Source of the DNA: Babesia bigemina
Taxonomy: Eukaryota
Length of the DNA stretch: 64,000 nt
Assembly (NCBI RefSeq): GCF_000981445.1
Contig: NC_027218.1
Span: forward strand, 1,302,001-1,366,000
Direction: 5' to 3'
Shown here: positions 1 through 13,341 of the stretch, piece by piece
Layout of the letters: the number at the start of each line of letters is the position of its first letter
Numbering within the stretch: the stretch's first letter is position 1
Position numbers and translations under genes: made by a program
The notes under the pieces: generated by a model
The model's database searches: none
The model's input: the letters and a program-made list of their open reading frames with translations, nothing else
What the model was told of the DNA's origin: nothing

Positions 1-2878
1 CACTGGGGTCCAATGGTCCCTGGTCGCGAACTAACTGAGGAGGAGATTGACAGGATCTTTGATAATCTCTTCTCCAACCCGATATATGAGGCACGGGAAC
101 CAGATACACCTCCTGAGAAAACTGGCAGTGCCACTAAGAATGAGAATCGGTTGAAGGGCCTAGGAACGAAGCATTACCAGGGCATATTAGACGAGATCAG
201 AACCGAGGTGGCCGTTCGCGTTCGTCGTGAGCAGGGAGGAAAATCGCAAACCGTCGACACCAATGAAGATGTGGAAGACACTGTATCGTCAGCTGTGAGC
301 GATTCAGCTCCCCCAACCACCGCATCCCCGTTGCCTGTTGACACGGCAGCATCGGCTGCTGAACGCCGTGTCAAATTCGTGGCACGGAATAACTTCCCTA
401 CTGCAAAAGTGCTTAATTCTAAGCATTACGTGGAGGGTAAGTCAATATAAATCCAGTTGTCTGTTTAACATTGGCACCAGGGCTAAAGTTCCGTCGTCTG
501 GGGGAGAGCGAGTTGGTCGTTAGTGAGTTGGGCATCGGCACGTCAATGTACGACAACCCTGAACTCATCGATCACGACCATGCTGTTGAAGTATTGGAGA
601 CTGCTCACAAACAATACGGCATAAACTTTTATGTGAGCGTTATATGCTTGCGATTGTCATTGATTTTCAGGATACCTGCGAATACGACCCCTATCCATAC
701 GAGCCTCGTAGCTACCTGGAGGGCCAGCATCGCAGCATGCGCGAGTTTTTGCGCCGAGTTAAACGTGAAGATGTTGTGGTATCGGGAAGGATATCGTCTA
801 GCAACTTGGGGAAGTTTCGCACCCGGGGGCGTTTCTTGTCTTGGGTGCGCGGGGATATATCGTCACCACCCACTCTGTAAGTTGCCTTGTCGTTCATATT
901 ATCCATCTGGTCCACAGATCAGTGATAGAAAAAGCAGTAGACAAGCTTTTGGATCGCCTGGGTACAGACTACTTGGACATCTTGTCCTTTGTGCATCCTT
1001 ACCGATACGTGCCAAATGCTCACCTTGGGGAGGACACCTACTGCTGGGGCAATGAACGCGACGTGTTCAGCGGCGCGGCCTCAGAGAATGCGGACGAGTG
1101 TACGTACGATGCTGACGAATTACTCTCGGCTCAATGCGAAATATTCGAGACTCTGGTTAGCAAGGGTAAGGTGCGTTCCATCGGCCTGTCCAACGAGACG
1201 GTTTGGGGACTCTGCCATTTGAAGAACAAGTCGGGTCGAAAGTTCCCTGTAGCTTGTACACAGCAGATGTACAACATGCTTCATCGCAACGAGGTTGAGT
1301 CTAGTGGTTGGTGACCAGCTGATAGTTGTTATCGTGTTCAGGCATGTCGGAAGCAGTGCTAAAGGAAAATCTGAACTGCCCAATCGTCGCATACGGCATA
1401 CTTGCAGGGGGCATTCTGACGGGAAAGTACATAGACCCCGAGCGGTGCGTTTCCGGTTTGACGGCTCGCTTATTTGCATTAGACACAACCCTATGGGTCC
1501 CGACAAGACGAAGGAGAATGCAACATTTGCGGACAAGCACGACTACCCTGGTGATTGTAAGTTGCATTGCAGATCAATCGTGCCTCATCTTGATATCAGT
1601 TGAGATCCCTGAGGATTACGGTCATTTGAGCTTCGGCCCGGCCAATGCGCGGTGCAACCTCTTTCCCGACACCTTCCACACCCACAGGTTTGTTTTCGAA
1701 CACAGCTGTTTGTCTCATAACATCAATAGAACTATTTGGTGTCAGCACGCCACTGCCGAGTACCTGAAGGTTGCACGGACTCACGGCATGACCCTTGCGC
1801 AACTTAGCATGTCTTGGGTATTTAGTCGCCCTTTCGTAAGTTTATCATTGACCACATTTTAACTCCTAACCAGGTCGGTTCCAGCTTGTCATCGCCGCGT
1901 AGCATCGGTCAGCTGCACGAAACGATTGCAGCCCTGAACTACCCGATGACACGTGAGATAGAGAATGACGTTCACGAGATATTCCTGCGCTACCGCGCTC
2001 CAACCATGGGTGGACCGCAGCTACTTACTCGCCTAGACGACGACTTCGCCGTTCCGATGTCGCAGAACGACCGCATGCGAAAAGGCGCGGTACCCATCTG
2101 GAGCGGCGGGTCGCACTGGGATATGGACTCGATTCCACCTATTTCGCGAATAGCCGAGGAACGTAAGCATGACGAAGCATACGTGGAGACGGCTTCTTTG
2201 TTTGGTCTGTTCGACAAGCCTAACGACGAATGCTGGCGCAACTACCGCTGCTGGGTAGAGCGGACCAGCGAAGGCCTTCCAGGTTTGCATTCGATCTCGC
2301 TTGCGTATCATCTGAATTTCAGGCGAGTATTTCGCTGTGAAGGAGAGCAAGCTGTTCGGCTGGGATACAATGAAGCTTGACGAGTTCACAGTGGTGCCTA
2401 AAACCCCAGAGGAGGTTGCCCGTGACGACACTAGCGACTTCCACTTCTACTGGAAGGGCGGGCAGGTATTTACCGTTAAACCTGATTGCAATACCATTTT
2501 CAGGTATATGTGGGTCCTACCAGCGACGCAATCCGCGCATTTTACGACGACCAGATCGCGGTTTGCAATGTGATGCGTGCCCGTGAGGACAGCTTTAAAC
2601 GAGGCCTCGAGGTGGAGGAACTCCCCGAAGGGTGCAAAGTATGGTCATCCCTAGATGCGGATTTGGTGTTCAAGCGGTTGCGTGACAAATTCGGTATTGA
2701 CGTGACCGAGCCTCGCCTGCTTGAGCGGCTGCTGCTGGACTGCGGTCGCGAGGTGGTGGCCCTGTCTGCGGCGGAGCGTCGTTGCGAGAAGTTCGCCTAT
2801 TTCGAGGATCGTGAGCACCTTCTGAAGCAAGAAGTCGAAGTGTCGGATGTCGACAAGAGGCGTACTACCCCACTATAA
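1..2878 (+). CDS. Aldo/keto reductase-family (Tas-like) protein, multi-exon, 5' end probably outside the window
   Basis: ORF pieces join through short GT-AG introns (e.g. 437-480, 633-670, 877-917). AKR motifs: [70 protein letters not shown]. Stop at 2876-2878. Confidence 0.85.
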
Positions 2879-3182
2879 TTGTACCGATCAGGGCATGGCC
2901 TCCATACGACCTTGCACAAGCGCTATGCTGGCGGGTAGTGCCGAAGTCATCGATATACAGCTATATAATTTAAGGTTTTAGTCATTATTTAATAACCTAT
3001 AAGGCCTCATTAGGCAGCACAAAGCGCCAATGTTTTGCTACACGGCGCATTTTGTGAACAGCGAACTACTGTGGAGACTCACGTGACGAACGTGTTGCGC
3101 AGTCACCGTAGCGTGAACTTTGGCCAACTTGCGATTGCGATACTCTAGTGCCAACACGGCATATTGCAGTGTTTTGCACTAG

Positions 3183-3788
3183 TTATTCCTCCTCTGGTTC
3201 ATCCGATGCCTCTTCGTCAGCTTCTTCGTCCTGACGTATTATAATGAGGTCGCCGCCGACGTTGACCTTGCACCCTGCAGTGAATAGTGCTGCATTTACA
3301 ACCTCTTACCTTCGTTTCCCACCGTCTCTACCACAGTACCGGCAACCTGTGAGTGCACCCTCACAAACACCTTCGTAACGATGTCGTGCCATGCTGTCTA
3401 CTCTTACCTGGTCGGTCTCTATGACGCAAATGAGCTCGCCAAGATCCACCTGGTCGCCCCTGCGTTTGTGCCACTCGTGTATCTTCCCGTGCTCCACGCC
3501 GTTACCAATGGTTGGCACCTTGACGATGAACAAGGTGCCGCAATCGAGTGAATTGAGCGGCGTGCCCAAATGTTGCACCCTTGGCTCCAGGTATCCTCGT
3601 TCGTCGCCCGTCGAATAAGAACGGGCATCGTTTGACGCTCTGATTGCGATGTTTTGCGGCCTGGTGGCGTCACACCCCGGCCGTTCTCTGGGCGAGATCG
3701 AGAGTCGGCGCGCCTCTCTCCCCTGGAAGGTTGAGCGCGTTCTCGTGACCGCCGCCGTCACGCAACGCGAAGTGATTCGATCAAACAT
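3183..3788 (-). CDS. Stand-alone lipoyl/biotinyl-attachment domain protein with a probable mitochondrial presequence (3 exons)
   Basis: Exons 3788-3408, 3370-3310 and 3274-3183 give IVKVPTIGNGVEHGKIHEWHKRRGDQVDLGELICVIETDQVFVRVHSQVAGTVVETVGNEGCKVNVGGDLIII plus an acidic tail. The N-terminus is R/S/T-rich. Confidence 0.85.
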
Positions 3789-3930
3789 TATGCTACGTTA
3801 TTGGGTGTCATTTTCTGAGCCTGTCTGGACGCTCACGGCGTTTGACAGCCCATCGACGCTGAGACGCCCTAGCGTCGCGTCGGCTGAGAGAAGGCCACGG
3901 TGTGTGGCACCTCAGTGGCTCCAGACGTCG

Positions 3931-4820
3931 TTACTTATTGCCAGCAATATTTTGCACTTTCTCCAGGAGTTGCATGTAAAACGACAGCGTTTTGAAATGC
4001 TTAATGGCGGCGGTTTTGTCCTGCGCAAATGTGTACTCAACTGAGTCGAATAACTCACGTCGCTCTCAAAACCCTCCTCCAGCTCCTTCACAGCTGATGC
4101 GATGACCTCCTCGAACTCTTGTTGTACAATTTTCGCTTCGGAGGGATCCTGAAGCGCTTCTATCTTTTCATGAATCTGCTTCGCTATGACAAAAGAGCGC
4201 AATAATCTCACACACCTCCATGATTTCCTCCAGTTGTGACGTTTCCACACTTGCCAGCCCTTTATCGAATTCCTACGACAAGTTAAATTGTAGGTTTATG
4301 TCGCGGTACCTCTTTGCCGTACTTGATGCAGAACAGTACCCTCGCCCTTTGCTTATCGTCCAGCAACGTTCTATAATGGCTGTTGACGATGCTTGCATTC
4401 GAATTTATGATGTCTATCTCCTCGTCCTGCTTGGACGCGTGCTTGTCCGGATGCAGGGTGAACTGGTAGCTCTTGTACTGCTGATTGAGCCGCGCCTTGT
4501 CTATGCGATAGTTCAGCGGCCTAAGTTCCTCATTATTCTACTTGTATATTGAAACGCACAGCTGAAAAACTTCGAAGGCATTGAACTTCGCGATTACGTT
4601 GGATTCTATCGGCCACTGGCACGTCTAGCATACACATTAGCGTTAAATCGATTTATCTAACTTGACAGAAGAAGCAGACATCATTGTTTGGCGCCACAGT
4701 GGCGCCGCATTTCCGGCATTGCGCAGTCCACCTGGCGGTGGATGTGCTCCGGCCAAGGTGTGTCCGATAGACGTTGCGATAGTGGCACGGTTGCGTGCGG
4801 ACGCCGCAGATGCGCCACAT
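3931..4820 (-). CDS. hscB: Fe-S cluster co-chaperone HscB/Jac1 (mitochondrial), multi-exon
   Basis: Spliced reading: MWRICGVR...CRKC...CQ|TC (zinc-binding CxxC pair), FEVFQL...YRIDKARLNQQYKSYQFTLHPDK (J-domain HPD), S..VNSHYRTLLDDKQRA, and a helical C-terminus ending AIKHFKTLSFYMQLLEKVQNIAGNK*. It is not recovered as one ORF in the track. Confidence 0.85.
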
Positions 4821-4827
4821 GTTGGTA

Positions 4828-7800
4828 TTAGGTCGGTTTCAGCGGTAACACCGGCGTTTTTTCCGCTGGCGTCTTGCCGGCATCTGGCAGATGTGTGGCG
4901 GCTCCCACATGTTGCTTCGGCTCGAGTTCTAGCTGCAGCAGTGGGATCTTCTGCCTCTGAACGAGTGTGTAACACAGAGATGCAGCTTGACCAACGTTGT
5001 TTTGTATCATGAAGTTGCGATCGTCCTCAGAGAGCAATTCGTCTATGATCCAGTCCGGTATCATCTTCTCAACTTCTTCGCGCAGTTGCATGATCGCCTC
5101 CACAAAGTGCGGCTCCGTGTGTTCCAGGTCGTCCCTGCGACATTTAGCAACAACTTCGTGCCTACAAGTACCTTTCGTCGGCGGGTTTGCGTATGAGCGA
5201 CTCGCTGGCCGACATGATGAGGTCCTTGAAGCCCTTCCAGTCCGAGCGCGGCATGGTGGCCAGTATGAACTCCAGCATGTAGCTGCGCACTTGCGGATCG
5301 TCGAACGACACAATGGTAGTGATGAAATTGAGATCCTCGGCCATGTCGGCCTTGGCGATCGAATTGACTGCGCGTTGTATGATTGTGAGCACGCATAGCC
5401 ACGGTTGCGCCTCAGGGTTGGCAGCCCCACTGTCCAGAGACCCGTCTCCATGTTCCTCCCTGCACAATATCATTGGCTACCCTGTTGCAAATACCTAATG
5501 CGTTCCACCTCCTTGGAAATGGCCAGGTTGAGGTAGCACATGAAATTGGTGTCGTACTGCTGCTTGTTCTGCATGACCAGGTCGTTCAGATTCTGGAATT
5601 CGTTGCGCGCCCAGAGTATTATTTGCTTGATTTTCTGCAACTGGATCTTCTCGTCGTGCAAAAGGTATATCTTTTGGTCCTTGTAGAGGCTAAGGACGAA
5701 TTGGTTGAGGAACGCCAGTCGCTCTTTCTCGTGCTTGTCTTTAACTTCGTGGAAACAGAGGTAGCTCCGCATAAGTGTCGGGTAATCTTCTGAGATTAAC
5801 AAGTCTCTGATAACTTTTACAACACCTTTTTGTACGCCTTACGTGTAAGTGTTGCACAAGGTCGAGCACTTTTCCGGTGGCGCCTCCAGCAGCTCGGTGA
5901 TGAGAAGCTTGAGCCGTTTTTCCTGTGCGGATTGAATATGTTCAGACTAGGCGTAACCTACGTTTGTTTTCCAACGGCTTCTCAGTTGTTCCTTCTGCAC
6001 GCTGGAGAGTGTTGCGTACTTTTTGGCCAGCATGCTCCTCTCCGGGTGCGCCATGGCGATGTCGAACGTGTCCTTGCTTTTCGGCTGCGACACCTCCGCA
6101 ACGATCTCCTCAATGGTTGGTTGAGCTTCCATCAGCGCGGGTACAGATTTCATCTGACTGAATATTCTTTGCTTCTCTGCGATCAGAGCGTTTTCCCTGT
6201 TTATGCGTTCGTCTGCCTTCCTGCGGTATTTGATAGCTGTTCTCACGATGTAACAACCTACTGCATCAATTGGTCGTACTCCACGTCGCTGAGCGCCAAC
6301 GACTGCCGAACGTTGTTTACCAGCGACTTGACCGTTTCCTGGGGCTGTGGCCTCTTCGTATGCTTGATGGCCTCAGTGAGCTTGTTGATGAGTATCTTTT
6401 TCTTCTCCTCATTTTTCTGCGCCGTCACATGACAGGCTTCGCGTTACTAAAATTACCTCATTGGGGACATGCGGCGGGTCATCCGTTGGGTTCCAGTCTA
6501 TCGTGAGCCCCGCTTTGTCGTCCTTAAAAACCCGCTTGGGGTCATATTGCGCCGCTTTCTGCGGTGACAACGACCTCAGTTCCTCGTGGTACTTGGCGTA
6601 ACTCTCCAGGTTATCGGCATGTAGGTACGCCGCGCTGCCCATGTAGTCGAAGGACTCGCTTTGCTGCTGCCGGTGTTTCATCAGCCCTTCGATCTTGTGT
6701 ACGTCTCTTTCGAATGTTTGAATGAGTGTATTGAGCGCAGTTACGGTTTTCTCAGCCTTTTCAGCCCCCATTTGCCCCGATATCATTCGGGTAGTTGGGC
6801 TGTTGACGAAGGTGAGTTGCGCACCGCCTCCGGCGTGCTTATTCTCCTCGGTAATCACCGGTATGATTACGACCTGCAGATACTCATCCAGGTCGAGGTT
6901 ATCCGTTTGGTACACGACCTTCCCTCCGCCACTCTCTTGCACGTATGCGACATTCACCGGCAGCTTGGGCTTGCCAAACTCAGTCGTCTCCGACTGTTCG
7001 CGGCTCATCCACCTCACGAACATCTCTTCCAGTTGATGGGCGTCAATTGTCATGAACGTTCGCTGCCAAAATACCCCTTTAGGTTCCAGACTTTGCACCT
7101 TGGTGACACCGGCATCACGGTGGTCGACTGGTTCGTAGGTCTGTTGTTGCACCCTCTCGTTTCTGATGACACCGAACCAATCCCCAGCATGCTTTTCTGC
7201 CTTTTTGAGTGTGATTTTCAGCTCCAATATCCCGCGCTCTTCCTCGAGAGTCCAGAAGCTTCCGTCGACATCGATGCTACCCTGGACTTTGTTAATCGGT
7301 ATACATGGCATGGGTGTTCTCAACTACCCACCGATGACCTCTATATGTCGCAGTAATCGCACCTAACTCAACACAAGTATTTTATATGAAATATATAGTA
7401 CGCCATCGCGGTTACAAACCATGCATTTCAATATAGGCAGCTGCGGGATACATCTTTGCCATGCAGGGGCGCAGGGTCAGTATTTATGGGTGCACGTGAC
7501 TCAACGGTGACAACAAATGGTATATCAAAACGCAACTAACCTTTGTGTTGCCGCTTATGATGGGTATCAGCGGTGCTTTCCTGTTCGATGCGTGCAGGGA
7601 GTTACTTTGTATGGTGACGTCTATGTCGTCCGCGGATACCGTCGGCGGCACGGCCGCCGCTACGACCACATGTTGCGCATCTTCATTCCAGCAATAGCGG
7701 TCGGTCCTCCCCCATCCGGCTCCTAGAGGCAATGCGCGATTCCTGCTCGCAATAGCCGACGGTGCGGCCAAGTACGCAGTGCCGCACTGCTGTCTGCATG

Positions 7801-7921
7801 AGCGAACATTGCCGTTTCCACTGTAGCATTGCGATACGTAGGCCTCCGGGCCTATACTCCTCCCAGTTTGCCATCCGCAGCCTATGGCAGCCGCCAGAGT
7901 GGCGACAAGCCTCCCCTTCAT
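4828..7921 (-). CDS. Hypothetical multi-exon protein with N-terminal leader (possible apicoplast targeting) and a CS/p23-like domain
   Basis: MKGRLVATLAAAIG leader. RYCWNEDAQHVVV...DIDVTIQSNSL|GSIDVDGSFWTLEE...LKITLKK resembles a CS domain. Minus-strand ORF blocks at 7921, 7280, 6400, 5800, 5470 and 5130 are separated by GT-AG introns. A single-gene structure is inferred. Confidence 0.65.
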
Positions 7922-8195
7922 CTAGCTCCGTTCCTGGTCATGGTCGCCCGTGTCTGATGATGCATGGAGACCGCTGTGTAAGTGCCGCTATGACGTATGG
8001 CATTGAATAGCGCTATAAGTGTGGATTCGTCAGCTGGATGATCTGCCTTCCTAGCCGCGACCGGACATTTAGGGCTGCTGTGTACGGCGGCGCGTCGGCT
8101 GGGATGTCGCCCGCAAGCGGGACATGCGGAGATCGACACTACTTATACATCTGCAGCATTATAATTCGTTATATTAAATGCAATCTACATCAACA

Positions 8196-9492
8196 ATGGC
8201 GCGTCTGGTGGCCTGTGTGTACCTCTTTCTGCTCCCCGTCTGTGTCCTAGGGTCGGATGTTGCTTCCGAGGGGAACGACCGGGACAACCGTCTGGAGGAG
8301 TTCCCAGAAGCTATGGATGCGAGCGAATTGAGTAGGTTATAGTGCCATGTGTGCTGTCCATGTCACTGCGTGGCGTCCGTCGCAGATCTTGCCCAGCTGA
8401 CATCCTCATGTTATCGCAGAGCGCGCTCGCGAAGTGGCGGCCAAGGACGACGAGATCTACATGAGTCTCGAGGACCAGGCGAAGATGTTGGACACAATCG
8501 CCGAGGAGTTGGCTATGATGAACGAGTCGTGTACGTTTAACTGTATATGAGCTGTGCATCTATTTTCGCGTACACCACTAACTGACATGCAGCTGACGAC
8601 ATCTCCTACGAGGACATGCAGTAAGTGGCGAATTTCCGGTTGTGCTATTTGTCGTAGGCTGTTTCCCCCTGGCGGCTGGGACCAAGGCGACATGATGTAT
8701 TCTAGTAAGTATCGGTTACCGAGACGTAAGCAACGCCGTTCAGACGCTTCTATCGACAAAATGGAGGCGCCAGTGATATACCTTACTCCCCCGGTCGAGC
8801 TACCCGACGAACAGATGGAGGTACGTGGATGCTGATTAGCGCCGCAACCCCGCCTAAGGCTGACAAGGAGGTCGAGAAGCTTTTGATGGACACTGGGCTG
8901 GAGGACAAACCACATTCCCTCCCCGAGGATGACTTCGACCCGTTTACGGTACGTTTTGGTGTGACGGTAACTGCAAGAGCCGCAGCTCACGTCGATGGAC
9001 GAGGTCATGACGGCTATGAAGAAGACCAAGAGCACCATCGATACCTTGCGTGAGAAGAGGACCGCCCTGCTTAAGACGTACGTTTGTGCGCAAGATGCAA
9101 CTGATCACTTTCGTCAGGCTCAGGGAGAGCTCGATGTACGTCGCCACCGACCACTCGAAGATGCTCACCTACAAGGCCGTCAACCAGGGTTCGTGGCCGC
9201 CTCAACGGCTTACACAACCTTCGCAGAGCTGGACGAGGTCGACAACATCATAGAAAAGGAGACGACCACTCTCCTCAAGCTGGAGCACGTGAAAAGGACA
9301 CTCAGCAGGGTGAGCGCGCATGTCGGTTACCGCTGTCACATTGCCCTACAGAATCACGGCGCAGGACGCGATGTCGAGAACGAAGAGGCTAAGCTGGAAA
9401 AGCGCGAGGAGGAAATCGCCGAGGGTTACGCGACCGACGCCGACTCTGACGCCGAGTCCGACAAGGAAGACAACTCGAACGACGAATTCTAG
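8196..9492 (+). CDS. Secreted acidic coiled-coil hypothetical protein, many short exons
   Basis: ATG at 8196 gives a signal peptide MARLVACVYLFLLPVCVLG. Successive short exons are flanked by GT/AG (KRAREVAAKDDEIY, LFPPGGWDQGDM, EKLLMDTGLED, ELDEVDNIIEKE). Acidic end and stop at 9492. Confidence 0.65.
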
Positions 9493-9763
9493 GCTCCCTT
9501 ACCACGTATACGGTCCAGCAGTGACCTCGTCCAGGATTAACTGTCACGCTAACTGTTTAGTAGAATTATATGTATTTATGAGATCCACAACCTGTTTGCC
9601 TTCCGTCGTGTGGCTAGCTGTCGGTCGCCGTGGCCCCGCCGCCCCCAAATAGCGCTCAGAGGCTGTTTGCAGCCTTGGTGCGTTGTTTGCGGCGGCCATT
9701 CCGTGGATGTGTAGCGGTTTGTGCGATGCGGATTTGGAGCCGAGTGTGTAGGCGTGGTTCAGC

Positions 9764-12700
9764 ATGAGCTCTGCTCTCCGCAAGGAGCTGTTGGACGCGC
9801 TCCGTGCGCGTTTCGCGCCGCTGATACGCGATGCCGACCTGTCGAACTGCAACGCCGCGTTCTGCGGCGGCACTCGCGTGTACCGCACGGTCCAGCTGTA
9901 CCGGTTCTTCGACCTGTCTAGAGTGGACGTCTCCAGCGAGGGCGGCGTGAAGAGGCAGCTGGACAGCGACTTCGTGGAGAGCATCAAGCTGCTGGAGGTC
10001 ACGCCGCCGGATGACCTGCGCCTGTTCGAGATTTACCCGCTGCTCCGGCGCATCATGATACTCATAGAAGGCTTCCTCGGCCATGTCAGCGCCAGCCAGC
10101 GGTTCGAGGGCAGCCTGGCGCATGGCCGCGGGCTGTCGCTACCGGACCCGTCGCTGTACCTGGTTCTGGACGAGCTGTACGACAAGGTGTCCGGCAACAG
10201 CATAAATCGCGATCGGCTGCTGACCGGCCTCGCAACGCTGGTAGCAGCTGGTGGCGGCGGTTTGGACAGCGTGCTGCTGAGCGCGAGCACGTTCGCGAAC
10301 CTTATGGTACCCGTGATCGCCAATTCGTTCGACAAATACGGCGGCGACATCCTGGAAAGCGCTTTGGCGACGCTCACCTTCGGCGCCCTGCAGCGACTGT
10401 CTGCGCTGTTTCTTCTGATGGTGGTGGTGGACCAGAGCGCCGGCAGCGCCTCCGCTCGGAGCAGGGGCCGCGGAGAGCCGCTGTTGTCCCTGTCTGGTGA
10501 CGAGGCGTCGAACGACAACATGTTCCGTCTGCAGTTTTTGTGCAACGAGACGTTGCTCAAGCCGTTGGTGACCAAGGTGACCGACCACCACCTGGCTGTC
10601 TGCTGGAACGAGGACATAGTGTCGCCCGTCTTGAGCATGCTTCAGTATACGTTCGTCGCCTGCGGCAAGGTCGTCGCTAGGAGCGAGCCGCTGGCCGACC
10701 TCGTCATCGCTACCACCAAGGGGGTCCTGATGAAGGTGCCCGAAGACTGCTCTCCGTCTCGGGCCACTTTGGACCTGATATTGGGGTTCGGCCATCAGCT
10801 GCTGGGCATGTTTTACCAGGGCCTGGAGCTCGTGAACGTCGCGCTGTGGTACCACTTCGAGTCGCGGCTGTCGCATGTGTTGAAGCTGCAGCAGCAGCAG
10901 GCCCCTATGAACAAGAACGGTTCGCCGACTGTCACGCCTGCTGACCTGCATGCTCAAATGGCTGCGGGCGCTATTAACGGCTCAATGCGTCTTCCGTCGT
11001 CAGCTGATAACTCGCCCTACCGGCCACTCGGCCGCAGCCTCAACACGCTGCTGAGTGAGGGCGAGCTGAAGAGCACGCTGCTCGCATTCCTGGCGTCGCT
11101 CGACTACTACTCGCGCCACCAAGACGACCTCTTCGACGTGCTGTTCGGCAATTACACCCGGAAGGCTGACGTCGAGCTGCTGGATTGCCTGTCCCGCCTG
11201 TTCGTGCATTACACTTGCCTCGTGCAGCTCGGCGACGCCGTGGCGTACATCACCCAGCGGTCACCCAACGCTGAGGTCGGAGATCTCGTGAAGCAGGCCA
11301 TATCGATGTTGTGGTCCACGCTGTGCTCCCTGGGGAGCAGGGTCTCCTTCAACGCGCTGCGTGCCTGCTTCTACTACCTGGGCAGCAGCCTCCACTCCTG
11401 CAACGTGGCGGCCCAAATTTGCTGCTTCAACGCCATATCGCACAGCCAGGCGGATATCCGCCAGTGGCTGAACCTGCCGAGGGACACGTACGTGTTTCAG
11501 GTGGAGATGTTGAGGGCGCTTTTGCGCAACGCCTCCAGCGCGTGCTGCACGTGTATATCGTACGGCGCCAGCAAGACTCGGCGTTTCGGCGGCCAGTACC
11601 TGAGCATACCATCCTCTTTCGTGAGCCGGTGGTTCATCGCTGAGATCGTGAACTACGACGTATCAGAAAACCGAGGGTGTGTTGAACTACGCAATGCCCA
11701 CCTCATCGGTATGCAGCTTGGTTGACGCTTTCGTCGAGTGGTGCAACAGCGCGCGGCCTGAGGAATACATGCTATGCCGGTTCCTCTGCCGTGTACTAGC
11801 GAGGTGGGTGATGGTCAATGGTTTCGTGGCTAACTACTTGCTCAGGCTGTGCGCGGAGGACAATGCAGTTATCGATGGCGGCCGCTATATTTTGGACGTG
11901 CTATTGGGAATATGCATGCACAGAGACAGCGCGTCAGTAGGTCTGAAGAGTGTGATGCAGCCGTTGTCTCGTGGCCGCCTTAACGCCTTCAAGTGCCTCG
12001 GCGTGCTGCTCAGCACCGGCGTGTTCACAGACTGGGTTTTGCGGCACGTGCTACTGCCCTGTACCTGCGCATTCACGCAACAGGTGGGGGAGTACGTGTC
12101 GCAGTTTCTGGGTTCGTCCGATCCGGCGGACCGAGTGTCATCTGGCTGCTACTTTGCGAGTCAGGGTTCCGTTTGCAAGTGTCTGGATGCGCCAATAGTG
12201 TCGCATTCCGTGGGTCTGCTGCAGTACCTGGAGTTGGTTTCGTCATTGCCGTTGGACAAGCGCGATCCCAACGGCAAGGACGAGGCTTCACGGATCGTGC
12301 CCCACGTGTTCGGTGTGCTGTGCGGCCTGCTGCGCAAGCTGGCCGCGTTGCTAAACACGCACCAGGATCGCGCCGATGTGAACTCGCGTTATGCGTTGTT
12401 CGTCCTCTCCGCACGTCTGACCGGCGTGCTGGTGCGCAGCGGGCAGTTCGGCCGAAAGGACGCGGAGGTGATTGCGCTGCTGAAGCTATACGCGTTGCTC
12501 GGCAACCCTCGCATATGCGTGGTGGAGGAGGTGGATCTCTACCTCTCCCTCATTCTGGAGGCGCTGTGCACCTTCCATGCCATCTTCGACCACGTCCCCG
12601 TCAAGGAGCAGCTGCTCAAGTTGCACCGTGGCTTCCTGGCGCTGCTGTTGTCTAAGATAGAGGTCCATCCCAAATTCCTCTTACGCCACGGTAAGTCGCG

Positions 12701-13078
12701 TCTTATGCTATTACATAATCTAATTGTGCTTCAGAGCTATACAGCGGAGTGCCGCGGCCGATGTTCGACCAGCTCTGCGGCTCCTTCGCCAACATGTTGC
12801 GCATGGCGTCCTCGATGGGCCACTACCTGGGCGCGCTGTACAGTTTCCGGATCTGGAGCGTGCTCAGGCGTTACGGCGTCGATTGCGCAGATGTGAAGAA
12901 GGAGTACGCCGAGCAAGCGCTGAACGACCAGGACGTCCCTGCGGAGGCGCGCATCACCTTCAACACTGCGTTCATGGTTTCGTGCCGGACGCCCGCCATC
13001 ACCAGCGCCGCGGTCCCGTGCAGCGTTCGCGCCTTGGTTGAGCAGGGGAGCGCCATCGGGTTGTACAGTAAATCGTAG
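9764..13078 (+). CDS. Large conserved-hypothetical leucine-rich helical protein (about 3 exons)
   Basis: Three overlapping-frame long ORFs (653, 405, 109 aa) with strong GC3 bias are linked by short introns near 11.68-11.72 kb and 12.69-12.73 kb. No family recognised. Confidence 0.7.
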
Positions 13079-13341
13079 CTGTGTGTCACCCCGTCTGGAC
13101 ACCGGGGTGGTGCGGCGGCGGGCGTATGTCGCCGCGTCGACGCAGTCTTCCTGCATATAAACAAAGTTTAATAGCCATAGCATGTCTGTCCACAATTAGA
13201 CACGCCATTCGGTTCTCCAGGGTTCCCATGGAAGGCCCCGGAGCGGGATGTGCAGGGCCGTCGCCTCAGTCCGACGCGGATTCCTCGGCTCCCATATCGC
13301 AAAACGGCTACAAGCAACGGCGTCGCTGGTATGCGTACTCC

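Noticed and set aside
10033..10957. Long antisense ORFs (201 and 272 aa), with similar ones at 19783-21775
   Set aside because: They are shadows of GC3-rich sense genes and have no recognisable motifs.
13081..13341. N-terminal extension of the L12 ORF
   Set aside because: The signal peptide begins at ATG 13342, so upstream in-frame sequence is more likely UTR.
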